Shown here: positions 16,493-24,662 of the stretch, in pieces
How the letters are laid out: each line of letters opens with the position of its first letter
Numbering within the stretch: the first letter of the stretch is position 1
Assembly: GCA_030647965.1 (NCBI GenBank)
Contig: JAUSIT010000038.1
Span: 1-58,576, forward strand
Direction: 5' to 3'
Origin: Nanobdellota archaeon
GTDB lineage: Archaea > Nanobdellota > Nanobdellia > Pacearchaeales > GW2011-AR1
DNA length: 58,576 bases
Translations under genes and position numbers: made by a program
The notes under the pieces: generated by a model
The model's database searches: none
What the model was told of the DNA's origin: nothing
The model's input: only the letters and a program-made list of their open reading frames with translations

Positions 16493-16727
16493 CTTAAACA
16501 GGCTTAAACAGCCAGTGTGATTTTTTAAACAGGTGTGGCTTATTTTAGCTGTTTAAACAGCTGTTTAAACAAATTATCTTTTTTATTTATTAAAACTTAA
16601 ACAGCCAAAGTTTTATCGACTATAAATGTGCTGTTTAAACAGCAAACAGCTGTTTTAAACAACCTTAAAAAAGATAAAAAATAGGCCTTTTTTGAGGTTT
16701 AAAAAACTAGGGCTGTTTAAACAGCCG
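16493..16727. promoter_or_regulatory. Cluster of GCTGTTTAAACAGC palindromes and TTAAACAG half-sites upstream of a wHTH gene
   Basis: Perfect 14-bp palindromes at 16548-16561, 16630-16643 and 16712-16725, plus at least five half-sites. The same motif occurs at 9602-9621 and 10750-10770. Confidence 0.55.
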
Positions 16728-16764
16728 AAACATTTATAAATGAGAAAGATTGTAAATTATTAAG

Positions 16765-17376
16765 ATGTTTGGATTTTTCAAAAAAAACAAAGATGTAAGC
16801 AAATTAAAAGAAGAGGTATATCATTCTTTCAATTCTGTTAAAAAAGATATAAATAAAGTAGGTGAATGGGTTGCGCATTTCGACGCAAAACATAAAAATT
16901 TTGATAAAGAACTAGTTGAATTAAAAGACCAGCTTTATTACATTAGGGAAGATCTAAATGAGATAAAAGACTTTGTTTCTTTCTTTGGACCACAGTTAAC
17001 TAAACAGCCGTTTAAACAGGCACAAACAGGTAGGGATAAACAAACAGCTGTTCAAGCTGTTCAAACACCTGTCCAAACGGCTGTTCAAACAGGCATTTTA
17101 TCTGGTTTAACTGTTATGGAAAGGGCAATTGTGTTTGCTTTGTTAAACTCTGATGTAAAGCTAAGCTATGAAGATTTAGCAGCTGTTTTAGGGAAAGATA
17201 AGAGTACTATCAGGGGCCAGATAAATGGGATAAGACAAAAGAGTGAAGGCTTAATTGAAGAGTCAATTGAACCAAATGGTAAGAAAAGGATCTATATTCC
17301 AGAGAAAATGAAGGAATTTGTGCTCAAAAGTGTAAAAGTGAGAGTTAGACCTGATAAAAGGGCTAAAAAATACTAA
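16765..17376 (+). CDS. Coiled-coil / winged-helix DNA-binding protein
   Basis: N-terminal coiled coil, a QTAVQAVQTPVQTAVQT repeat linker, then C-terminal LTVMERAIVFALLNSDVKLSYEDLAAVLGKDKSTIRGQINGIRQK (wHTH-like). Confidence 0.55.
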   Translation: MFGFFKKNKDVSKLKEEVYHSFNSVKKDINKVGEWVAHFDAKHKNFDKELVELKDQLYYIREDLNEIKDFVSFFGPQLTKQPFKQAQTGRDKQTAVQAVQTPVQTAVQTGILSGLTVMERAIVFALLNSDVKLSYEDLAAVLGKDKSTIRGQINGIRQKSEGLIEESIEPNGKKRIYIPEKMKEFVLKSVKVRVRPDKRAKKY

Positions 17377-17597
17377 AAAACCAGTGTTTTTATTGGTTTT
17401 TAGGTCAAAAAGTGTAAAAGTGAGAGTTAAATAAAACAAACAGGTTATAAAAAATGAGAAAAATAAAAATTTTCAACAAAAAAGTGAGTGAAAAAATAAG
17501 AAATTATCTCTTAGCAAAAAAGAGAGAGATCAAAATAAAGAGATTTTAGCAAATTTTCAGCAAGAAAGTGAGGAATCAAAAAATCCAAAGGATTTTA

Positions 17598-17636
17598 GGA
17601 TGCTCAGAAATGTAATAAGAGAACATTTCTGACATC
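17598..17636 (-). repeat. HP-A hairpin (short form)
   Basis: Reverse complement GATGTCAGAAATGTTCTCTTATTACATTTCTGAGCATCC shows the conserved foot with a bulged G. Confidence 0.6.
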
Positions 17637-17832
17637 AAAATAAGGGAATTTTGATTCTTAAAAAAGCTGGAAAAAGGCTAAAAATCAAAAAAGAGAAAAA
17701 TAGTAAAATAGCGACGAGAAAGTTAAATAAAGTTAGATAGTGAAATAATGATAATCGGTGTGCCGGAAATCCTTAGTTTAGCTAAAATGTATTATAAATT
17801 TTTGAAAAATCAGAAATTTAAAGTAAAAATTA

Positions 17833-18636
17833 TTATAACTCTCTAAGCCTCATTATCGTCGATAAACTAGCAATTTTCTTAAGATCCGGGGAAATTTTTA
17901 AAGTAATAGTCTTATTGTTCTGTTTTAGCTTTAAAATAGGGATTCCTTTTTTCTCTAGCTTATTAACATAATCTCTTATTGAAGATTCGCTTAAATTAAG
18001 ATTATTTGCTATGATCTTATATGTTACTTCGCCTATATTTTGCTCTTCTAGGCCATAAAGCGTTGAAAATATAAGCATTTCCTGAGGAGTTAGCTTTTTG
18101 AACTTGATTCTTATGCCTTTTTTAATATGATCAAGAGAATCTAGTATTTCTCTTGCTTTTTCAAAGTCATTTATATCTTTTGACGAGGAAGAATGTGAAC
18201 TAGATGTAGAAATAGGGGGTGAGATAATGGAATTACTTAAACTGATTAAAGAGGCCATATTTATAGGATTTTCTTGTATTTTTGAAGTAATTTGTGTCTG
18301 TTGGTTTGTCTGTTGGTTTGTCTGTTGGTTTGTTGGTTTGTCTGTTGGAACCCCCCTATTTCCTGTGGAAAGGAGCATATTTTGCTCTTCTAGGCTATTT
18401 AGGGAGTGTTGATGTGTTGGAATATGTGTTGGAGTGGAAATAGGGGGGTTGTTTTGAGGTATGGTTTGGGTTGGATGTGTTGGAGTCTGAATTATTGGTT
18501 GAACTAACTGTTTTTCTTTGATTTGTCTTAGATCTAATCTAATTTCAGATAAGTCTGTTTTTAAAAATTCTAACTCTTTTTTAAGATCAAATATATCTTC
18601 TTTTATTTTATCAAAAGCTTGTTTTATAGGATCCAT
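17833..18636 (-). CDS. Coiled-coil / winged-helix DNA-binding protein (same architecture as 16765-17376)
   Basis: N-terminal coiled coil, low-complexity TNQQTNQQTNQQ repeats, then C-terminal LTPQEMLIFSTLYGLEEQNIGEVTYKIIANNLNLSESSIRDYVNKLEKKG (wHTH-like). Confidence 0.55.
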   Translation of the reverse strand: MDPIKQAFDKIKEDIFDLKKELEFLKTDLSEIRLDLRQIKEKQLVQPIIQTPTHPTQTIPQNNPPISTPTHIPTHQHSLNSLEEQNMLLSTGNRGVPTDKPTNQQTNQQTNQQTQITSKIQENPINMASLISLSNSIISPPISTSSSHSSSSKDINDFEKAREILDSLDHIKKGIRIKFKKLTPQEMLIFSTLYGLEEQNIGEVTYKIIANNLNLSESSIRDYVNKLEKKGIPILKLKQNNKTITLKISPDLKKIASLSTIMRLREL

Positions 18637-18677
18637 AGAAAATTAAGAATCCCTTAATTTATAATCTTAATGATAGT

Positions 18678-18953
18678 TTATTGTATCTGTTGGTTTGAAT
18701 AAGCAGAGTGTACTTTATTTGAAAGTCTCCATCTTGTTCTTCTAGAATAAACTATTCCTTTTTCATTTTTATCTATTTTAATAACAAGATCTTTTTTTAA
18801 TAATTCTTCTAAAAGAGCTTTAATAAATTCTTCATCTCGTGCAAGTTCTTTTGCAATGTCTGATATAAAAATCTGTTTAGGAAATACTTGATATAAATAA
18901 AATAAAATTTGCTCTGAAATCTTATCTTTTTTTTCTTTACTTATAGTGGGCAT
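18678..18953 (-). CDS. Small winged-helix DNA-binding protein
   Basis: ISEQILFYLYQVFPKQIFISDIAKELARDEEFIKALLEELLKKDLV is a wHTH-like pattern. Confidence 0.5.
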   Translation of the reverse strand: MPTISKEKKDKISEQILFYLYQVFPKQIFISDIAKELARDEEFIKALLEELLKKDLVIKIDKNEKGIVYSRRTRWRLSNKVHSAYSNQQIQ

Positions 18954-18996
18954 ATAGAAGTTATTCGGTTTTTATTTATATATCTTTAGTAAGAAC

Positions 18997-19254
18997 TTAA
19001 TCATTAAGATTATCTAGAATTGTATCTGATTCAGAAGAAACATATTGAATTATTTCGTGGTCTGTTGCTTCTGGATGTTTTTGTTTGTATTTAAGAGCAT
19101 GAGAGGCTCCAGAGATTATCCCCATTTTTATTTTTTTTGTGTCGACCATTTTCTTTAATAAAAATGTATTTTTATAGTATTTAAATTTAATTGTGTTATA
19201 ATTATTATTATTTAAAGAAAAAGGTTTATTAATGCCTTTAAAATTGAGAGACAA
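18997..19254 (-). CDS. Hypothetical small protein (the true start may be the internal Met)
   Basis: 85-aa ORF. The N-terminal third is low-complexity, so MVDTKKIKMGIISGASHALKYK... is a more plausible start. Confidence 0.3.
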   Translation of the reverse strand: MSLNFKGINKPFSLNNNNYNTIKFKYYKNTFLLKKMVDTKKIKMGIISGASHALKYKQKHPEATDHEIIQYVSSESDTILDNLND

Positions 19255-19270
19255 CTTATTAGGTTAGAAA

Positions 19271-21871
19271 ATGAAAATAGAACAGAAATTTGAGTATATA
19301 GATAAGAGAAATGAAAAACAAGTGTTAGCTAGTTTAGACCCTCTTGTAAAAGAATGGTTTTTTTCAAAGTTTAAGGATTTTTCTTTAACTCAGCTTTATG
19401 CAGTAATGCCTATTTTTGAAAGAAAAAATATATTAGTCTCTGCTCCAACAGGAGGAACTAAGACTTTAAGTGCATTTTTAAGTATTTTAAACTATTTAGT
19501 TATGCTTGCTAAAAAAGACGAATTAGAAGATAGAATCTATGCTGTTTATTGCTCTCCTTTAAAAGCACTAACTAATGATATTTATGTAAATTTAATTAGG
19601 CCTTTAAAAGAAATTGAAGAGCTTGCTGATACAAAAAATATTAAATTAAAGAAAATAAGAGTTGGTTTGAGAACAGGAGATAGTACTTCTTATGAAAAAG
19701 CAGTTATGTTAAAACACCCACCACATATTTTTGTTACAACTCCTGAAAGTTTAGCAATTACTATTAACTCCCCTAAGTTTTCTGAGAAATTAAGTTTAGT
19801 AGAATTTATGATTGTTGATGAAATACACTCTTTAGCTGAAAATAAAAGAGGGACTCATTTATCTTTAACACTAGAAAGGCTTCAAGATATATCAAAAATA
19901 GAAATAACAAGGATAGGGTTGTCTGCAACAGTTGCACCTTTGGAAAAGATAGCTGGTTTTTTAGTTGGAAGTAGTAGAAATTGTGAAATTGCAAGTGTTG
20001 AATTACTAAAAAAAGTTGAATTAGAGGTTTTAAGTCCTGTTGAAGATTTCTTAGATACTAATTCTATTGATTTAAACACTGGTTTGTATAAATTAATAGA
20101 TGAATTAATTGAAAAAAATAAAACGACTCTTATTTTTACTAATACTCGGGCTGCAACAGAGAGAATAGTTCATAATTTAAAAGAAAAATTTCCAAAATAC
20201 AATGAAAATATTGGTGCACATCACTCTTCTTTATCAAAAGAACATAGATTCGATATTGAAAAGAGATTAAGGGAGGGTAATTTAAGGGTTGTAGTATGTT
20301 CTACTTCATTAGAATTAGGTATTGATATTGGTTTTATTGATTTAGTTATTCTCCTTGGCTCTCCAAAGTCTGTTTCAAAGGCAATGCAAAGGATAGGAAG
20401 AGCAGGACATCAGTTACATGAAAAAGCAAAAGGCAAATTTATTGTTCATGATAGTGATGATTTAGTTGAGTGTTCTGTTATTTTAAAAAATATTATAGAG
20501 AAAAAAATAGATAGAGTTCATATTCCTATGAATTGTTTAGATGTTTTAAGTCAACATGTATATGGGATGGCTATTTCTAGAATTTGGAATGCAGATGAGA
20601 TGTATAATTTAATTAAAAAAAGTTATTGTTATAAAGATTTAACAAAAGAAGATTTTTTTTCTGTTATTTCTTATTTATCAGGAGCTTATGAACTAAATAC
20701 TAGAAATGTTTATCCAAAAATTTGGTTTGATGAAGAAAAAAGAGAGATAGGAAAGAGGGGAAAGCTTGCAAGAGTAATATATATGACTAATATTGGCACA
20801 ATACCTGATGAAAGTTTTATTAGTGTTATATGTAATAATGCAAAAATTGGCCAGATTGATGAAATCTTTTTAGAAAAAATGAAAAAAAATGATGTTTTTG
20901 TTTTAGGAGGCAATAAATATCAATTTTTATATACAAAAGGCATGAATATTTATGTAAAATCTGCTGAAGGAAAAAGACCAACAATTCCTTCTTGGTTTTC
21001 AGAGGTTTTGCCACTAACTTTTGATGCTGCAATTTCAATAAGCAAGTTTAGAAAATTATTAAATGAAAAATTTGAAAAAAATAAATCTCCATCTGAAATT
21101 AAGGAGTTTATTAAAGAATATGTTTATTCTAACAGCAAAACTAGTGAGTATATTTATAATTATTTTAGAGATCAGTTCAAATATTCGTTAATACCTCATG
21201 AAAATAGAATTTTAATTGAAGAATATAGGTCTGATAAAAATTATTTAGTATTTCATACTTTATTTGGAAGAAGAGTTAATGATACTTTGTCAAGAGCTAT
21301 TGGTTTTTTAGTTGCTTCTGCAAAAAAAAGAGATGTTGAAGTAGGAATAAGTGATAATGGATTTTATATTGCAGGAAAAGAGCTTGATTTAAGTAAAGTT
21401 GAATCAGCATTTAAGAAATTAACTAAAGAAAATATTAGAGAAACACTTGATGAAGCAATTGAAAAGACAGAAATATTAAAAAGAAGGTTTAGGCATTGTG
21501 CTGCAAGGGGTTTAATGATACTAAGAAACTATAAAGGCAATATAAAAAGTGTAGGAAGGCAACAAATGTCTTCTCATTTTATTTTAGCTGCTATAAATCA
21601 AAAGACAAAAGAGTTTCCTTTGCTTAAAGAAGCAAGAAGAGAGGTTTTGGAAGACCTAATGGATATTGAAAATGCAATAGAAGTATTAAAACTAATTGAA
21701 AATAAGACAATTAAGATAGAAAAAAAGAATACTAAAGTTATTTCTCCTTTTGCAATTAATATGATGCTTCAGGCACATACAGACGTTATAAGAATTGAAG
21801 ATAAAATAGAGTTTATTAAAAGAGTTTATGCTGAATTAAAAAGACAGGAAGATAAAAAAGAGGAATTATGA
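19271..21871 (+). CDS. lhr: Lhr-type ATP-dependent DExH helicase
   Basis: SAPTGGTKTL (motif I), VDEIHS (DExH), SAT, HHSSLSKEHR and QRIGRAGH, with a long C-terminal Lhr/DEAD-associated region. Confidence 0.85.
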   Translation: MKIEQKFEYIDKRNEKQVLASLDPLVKEWFFSKFKDFSLTQLYAVMPIFERKNILVSAPTGGTKTLSAFLSILNYLVMLAKKDELEDRIYAVYCSPLKALTNDIYVNLIRPLKEIEELADTKNIKLKKIRVGLRTGDSTSYEKAVMLKHPPHIFVTTPESLAITINSPKFSEKLSLVEFMIVDEIHSLAENKRGTHLSLTLERLQDISKIEITRIGLSATVAPLEKIAGFLVGSSRNCEIASVELLKKVELEVLSPVEDFLDTNSIDLNTGLYKLIDELIEKNKTTLIFTNTRAATERIVHNLKEKFPKYNENIGAHHSSLSKEHRFDIEKRLREGNLRVVVCSTSLELGIDIGFIDLVILLGSPKSVSKAMQRIGRAGHQLHEKAKGKFIVHDSDDLVECSVILKNIIEKKIDRVHIPMNCLDVLSQHVYGMAISRIWNADEMYNLIKKSYCYKDLTKEDFFSVISYLSGAYELNTRNVYPKIWFDEEKREIGKRGKLARVIYMTNIGTIPDESFISVICNNAKIGQIDEIFLEKMKKNDVFVLGGNKYQFLYTKGMNIYVKSAEGKRPTIPSWFSEVLPLTFDAAISISKFRKLLNEKFEKNKSPSEIKEFIKEYVYSNSKTSEYIYNYFRDQFKYSLIPHENRILIEEYRSDKNYLVFHTLFGRRVNDTLSRAIGFLVASAKKRDVEVGISDNGFYIAGKELDLSKVESAFKKLTKENIRETLDEAIEKTEILKRRFRHCAARGLMILRNYKGNIKSVGRQQMSSHFILAAINQKTKEFPLLKEARREVLEDLMDIENAIEVLKLIENKTIKIEKKNTKVISPFAINMMLQAHTDVIRIEDKIEFIKRVYAELKRQEDKKEEL

Positions 21872-22620
21872 ACATAGAAAGGTTTGAAGCTGTTGAAAGA
21901 GCATTGTTTTGGAAGGAAAAGAGAGTTTTAGTAATTGGAGATTTGCATTTTGGCTATGAAAACTATCTTCATGAAAGGGGATGGTCTTTTCCAAAGACAC
22001 AAATTAGTGAAAGTATAGAAATTTTGGGAAAAATATTTCAAAAAACGGGCAAATTAGCTCAGGTAATTATATTAGGTGATGTTAAACACTATTTTGGAGG
22101 TATTTTAAATGAAGAATTTTCAGATGTTTTGCAATTTTTTAATTTAATTAAAGAAAATTTGGATAAAAATGGAGAGATTATTATAATTAAAGGCAATCAT
22201 GACAACATCTTAGAACCTATTTTGAAAAAACAGGGGTTAAAGGAGTTTGTAAAACTAAAACAAGAGTATATTTTGGAAGATATTTTGTTTTTTCATGGTC
22301 ATAAAAGAGATTTTGAAAGAGTTAAACCTTTGTTAAAAGGTAAAAATATAAAAATAAGTATAATTGGGCACTTTCATCCTGCAATTAATCTAGAAGAAGA
22401 TGCTAAAAAAGAAAAATATAAGTGTTATTTGTATGGTAAGTCAAAGATTTTGAAAAAAGAGTTGATTATTGTACCTAGTTTTTTCCCTTTACTAGAAGGA
22501 ACTAATATTTTAGCAAAGGATTTTATGCTTGAAGGATGGTTAGATGTTTCAAATTTTGAGGTTTTTATTATAAGTGATAAAGTTTATGATTTTGGAAAGG
22601 TGAGTAAGATAAATAAATAG
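21868..22620 (+). CDS. Metallophosphoesterase, Lhr-associated (MPE/PdeM-like)
   Basis: GDLHFG, GDVKH, GNHD, HGH and GHFHP motifs. ATGA overlap with lhr. Confidence 0.8.
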   Translation: MNIERFEAVERALFWKEKRVLVIGDLHFGYENYLHERGWSFPKTQISESIEILGKIFQKTGKLAQVIILGDVKHYFGGILNEEFSDVLQFFNLIKENLDKNGEIIIIKGNHDNILEPILKKQGLKEFVKLKQEYILEDILFFHGHKRDFERVKPLLKGKNIKISIIGHFHPAINLEEDAKKEKYKCYLYGKSKILKKELIIVPSFFPLLEGTNILAKDFMLEGWLDVSNFEVFIISDKVYDFGKVSKINK

Positions 22621-22643
22621 ATGTTAAAGAAAAGTGAAGGAGT

Positions 22644-22760
22644 ATTTACTAATTATTGCACTTCGTGGGAATATTAAGTCGACTAAAAAGTTTTGCTCTT
22701 ATCTTTTTCGTTTCTATTTTAAGAGTAAAACTTTTTGCGTCTCCTAAAGATTTATTAATT
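22644..22760 (+). repeat. EL-B copy 1 (H52 module at 22685-22736)
   Basis: ATTTACTAATTATTGCACTTCGTGGGAATATTAAGTCGAC-T-[AAAAAGTTTTGCTCTT..AAGAGTAAAACTTTTT]-GCGTCTCCT...TTATTAATTATT. Confidence 0.7.
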
Positions 22761-22812
22761 ATTATTCTCTTTACTTATTAGATCATATTAATATATTTAT
22801 ATGTTTAAAATT

Positions 22813-22839
22813 AACAGATAATTTATAAATTCTAAAAAA
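22813..22839 (+). promoter_or_regulatory. Duplicated promoter-like box AACAGATAATTTATAAATTCTAAAAAA, ending 12 nt before the ATG
   Basis: TTTATAAA TATA-like core. A near-identical box sits at 23238-23264 with the same spacing to its ATG. Confidence 0.5.
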
Positions 22840-22850
22840 TTCAACATATT

Positions 22851-23072
22851 ATGAATGAAAAAAAAGTAAGCAATCTTGTTAAAGCATTAGAAGATGTAGG
22901 TATAGAACTTGGCGAGCCTATTGAATGTCAAATAAACCCTGAACACACTAAAGCTGTTACAGAATTTTTAAGAAAAATAGAAGACGCACATAAAAGAACA
23001 AGAAATTCTACAATAAAATTTGATAATTATTCAAATAATTCTTCCTATTATTGCACTTCGTCATTATACTAA
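22851..23072 (+). CDS. Hypothetical small protein; C-terminus encoded by EL-B copy 2
   Basis: 73-aa ORF. The last roughly 10 codons (..SSYYCTSSLY) read through the EL-B backbone TTATTGCACTTCGTCATTATACTAA. Confidence 0.4.
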   Translation: MNEKKVSNLVKALEDVGIELGEPIECQINPEHTKAVTEFLRKIEDAHKRTRNSTIKFDNYSNNSSYYCTSSLY

Positions 23073-23228
23073 GTCGCCTATAGGCTCCTAACTATTTATT
23101 AATTAAAATCCATTGAAAAAGTTTTGCTCTTATCTTTTTCGTTTCTATTTTAAGAGTAAAACTTTTTATCGCTAGACTATTATAAGATTCTTGCTTGTTA
23201 AAGCAAACTAATTCAATGCAGTTGTAAG
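23045..23228 (+). repeat. EL-B copy 2 (H52 module at 23116-23167, downstream position)
   Basis: The backbone stem closes directly as AAGTCGCC-TAT-AGGCTCCT. H52 interrupts the ATTG/TCGCTAGAC hairpin. 3' part: TTGCTTGTTAAAGCAAACTAATTCAATGCAGTTGTA. Confidence 0.7.
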
Positions 23229-23237
23229 TTTAATATT

Positions 23238-23264
23238 AACAAATAATTTATAAATTCTAAAAAA
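23238..23264 (+). promoter_or_regulatory. Duplicated promoter-like box AACAAATAATTTATAAATTCTAAAAAA
   Basis: One mismatch to 22813-22839. Ends 12 nt before ATG 23276. Confidence 0.5.
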
Positions 23265-23275
23265 GTTAGTATTTT

Positions 23276-23584
23276 ATGGCTGATCCAAATCAATTAGATT
23301 TATTTAGAGCAAGTGAAGAACTAAAAAGAGAGCAAAAAGAAGGAAGAAATCTTGCTAAATATACTTCTATAAAATATAAACTTCCTGGAAGAACTATATC
23401 TCCTGCAAAAATGAGTAAAGAAGGTTTACAAAATTGGATTGTAGAGTTTGCTAAACTAAATAATATTGACTTACCCAAGGGATTTTATGGAAGAAATAGA
23501 ACCCAAATATTAGGAATGTATAAAGGAATGCAAGAAACTTATAATTTTAGTGATAGAGATATATTACCTAAAAAGAATTATTAA
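23276..23584 (+). CDS. Hypothetical small basic protein
   Basis: 102-aa ORF behind the duplicated promoter box; no motif recognised. Confidence 0.45.
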   Translation: MADPNQLDLFRASEELKREQKEGRNLAKYTSIKYKLPGRTISPAKMSKEGLQNWIVEFAKLNNIDLPKGFYGRNRTQILGMYKGMQETYNFSDRDILPKKNY

Positions 23585-23817
23585 TTTTGTTGTTTTATAG
23601 AAGGTATTAAAACATATATATTTGGTTCAGAAAAAGTATAATTAATTAAATTATATTTTGGAAAAGGATTTGTTGTTTTATTATATATTTGTTCATTTCT
23701 TTGCCCAAAATCAGCCCCTCCTGTATCATCTGGCTCTACAGTAATAGGTTTTATTAAACCACATGAAAAAACTAGTATAGAACTTGCTAGAATTGCTGAT
23801 AAAACCATCTTTTTCAT
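23581..23817 (-). CDS. Small lipoprotein-like secreted protein
   Basis: N-terminal MKKMVLSAILASSILVFSCG (signal plus lipobox-like Cys). Confidence 0.45.
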   Translation of the reverse strand: MKKMVLSAILASSILVFSCGLIKPITVEPDDTGGADFGQRNEQIYNKTTNPFPKYNLINYTFSEPNIYVLIPSIKQQN

Positions 23818-23947
23818 ATAAACTAGAAGAATATTAAGTATTTAAGATTTGTTGTGATGGGTTGTATAAAGATAATCTTTTTAAAGAGGATATAACCTTT
23901 ATTTTAGAGGAGATAGTATCTCAGAAACTTAATTCTGAATAAAAAAT

Positions 23948-24523
23948 ATGGAAGAAAAATATAAAAAACAAGATGAATTGCCAGATTTTCAATTCCCTTT
24001 ATTTGTAGAAGATAGTAACGTAAGAGATATAGATTTAGAGAATAAACTTCCTTTAGAACTATTTTTAAAACATGAAGGATATGAAATAGCTATTAATCAA
24101 AAACAATATGTTTTGTCTATAGATAATTATGAAGATTTTCCAAGAGATTCTTTAAAATTAGAAATTTCAACATTCAGAGGAATGTGTCATGATGCTATTC
24201 ATTTTTATGGATTTCTTGAACTTCCTTTATTAAATTTTAAAGAATTAGAAACTAACTATTTTTGTGGAGGATATGGAATACCTTCTGTGCTTAGGCGCAT
24301 TCAATTACACAGAAGTTTAACTACACAAGAATTAAATTTAAAGAAATATAATGGTTATGAACTTGGAGAAATGATTAATGGATTTAATAGTATTGAAGAT
24401 ATTATTGTTCGTGCAAAAGTTGTTGCAGAAAAATATTTTCAAGGTTTTAAATTAATAACTTCTACTAAAAATATTACAGAAATTAATAAAACAAGCCCTT
24501 TTTTAGATTATTTTAAAGAGTAA
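23948..24523 (+). CDS. Hypothetical protein
   Basis: 191-aa ORF; no motif recognised. Confidence 0.4.
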   Translation: MEEKYKKQDELPDFQFPLFVEDSNVRDIDLENKLPLELFLKHEGYEIAINQKQYVLSIDNYEDFPRDSLKLEISTFRGMCHDAIHFYGFLELPLLNFKELETNYFCGGYGIPSVLRRIQLHRSLTTQELNLKKYNGYELGEMINGFNSIEDIIVRAKVVAEKYFQGFKLITSTKNITEINKTSPFLDYFKE

Positions 24524-24547
24524 AAGATTATATTTAAAAAAGGATTA

Positions 24548-24628
24548 CGCCCAGACTCGGAATTGAACCGAGAAATCCTTGCGGACATGGTGTTCGAGAC
24601 CATTGCAGTACCATTGTGCCATCTGGGC
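24548..24628 (-). tRNA. tRNA-Ser (anticodon CGA), type II
   Basis: Reverse complement folds with acceptor GCCCAGA/TCTGGGC, D loop AATGGTA, anticodon stem ATGGT/ACCAT, loop CTCGAAC, a 14-nt variable arm (TCC-GCAA-GGA), T arm CTCGG-TTCAATT-CCGAG and discriminator G. Confidence 0.85.
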
Positions 24629-24662
24629 TTGAATTGTATTTAATTGATTTTGTTTTTAAAAG

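Noticed and set aside
17448-17545. 31-codon ORF MRKIKIFNKKVSEKIRNYLLAKKREIKIKRF in the wHTH spacer
   Set aside because: It is very short and lysine-rich as expected from A-rich repeat DNA. It overlaps the AAGTGAG repeat units and has no start-context support.
19806-21038. Four antisense ORFs inside the Lhr helicase gene (19806-19994, 19882-20079, 20710-20913, 20826-21038)
   Set aside because: They lie entirely within a strongly supported 866-aa helicase ORF on the other strand and give low-complexity translations.
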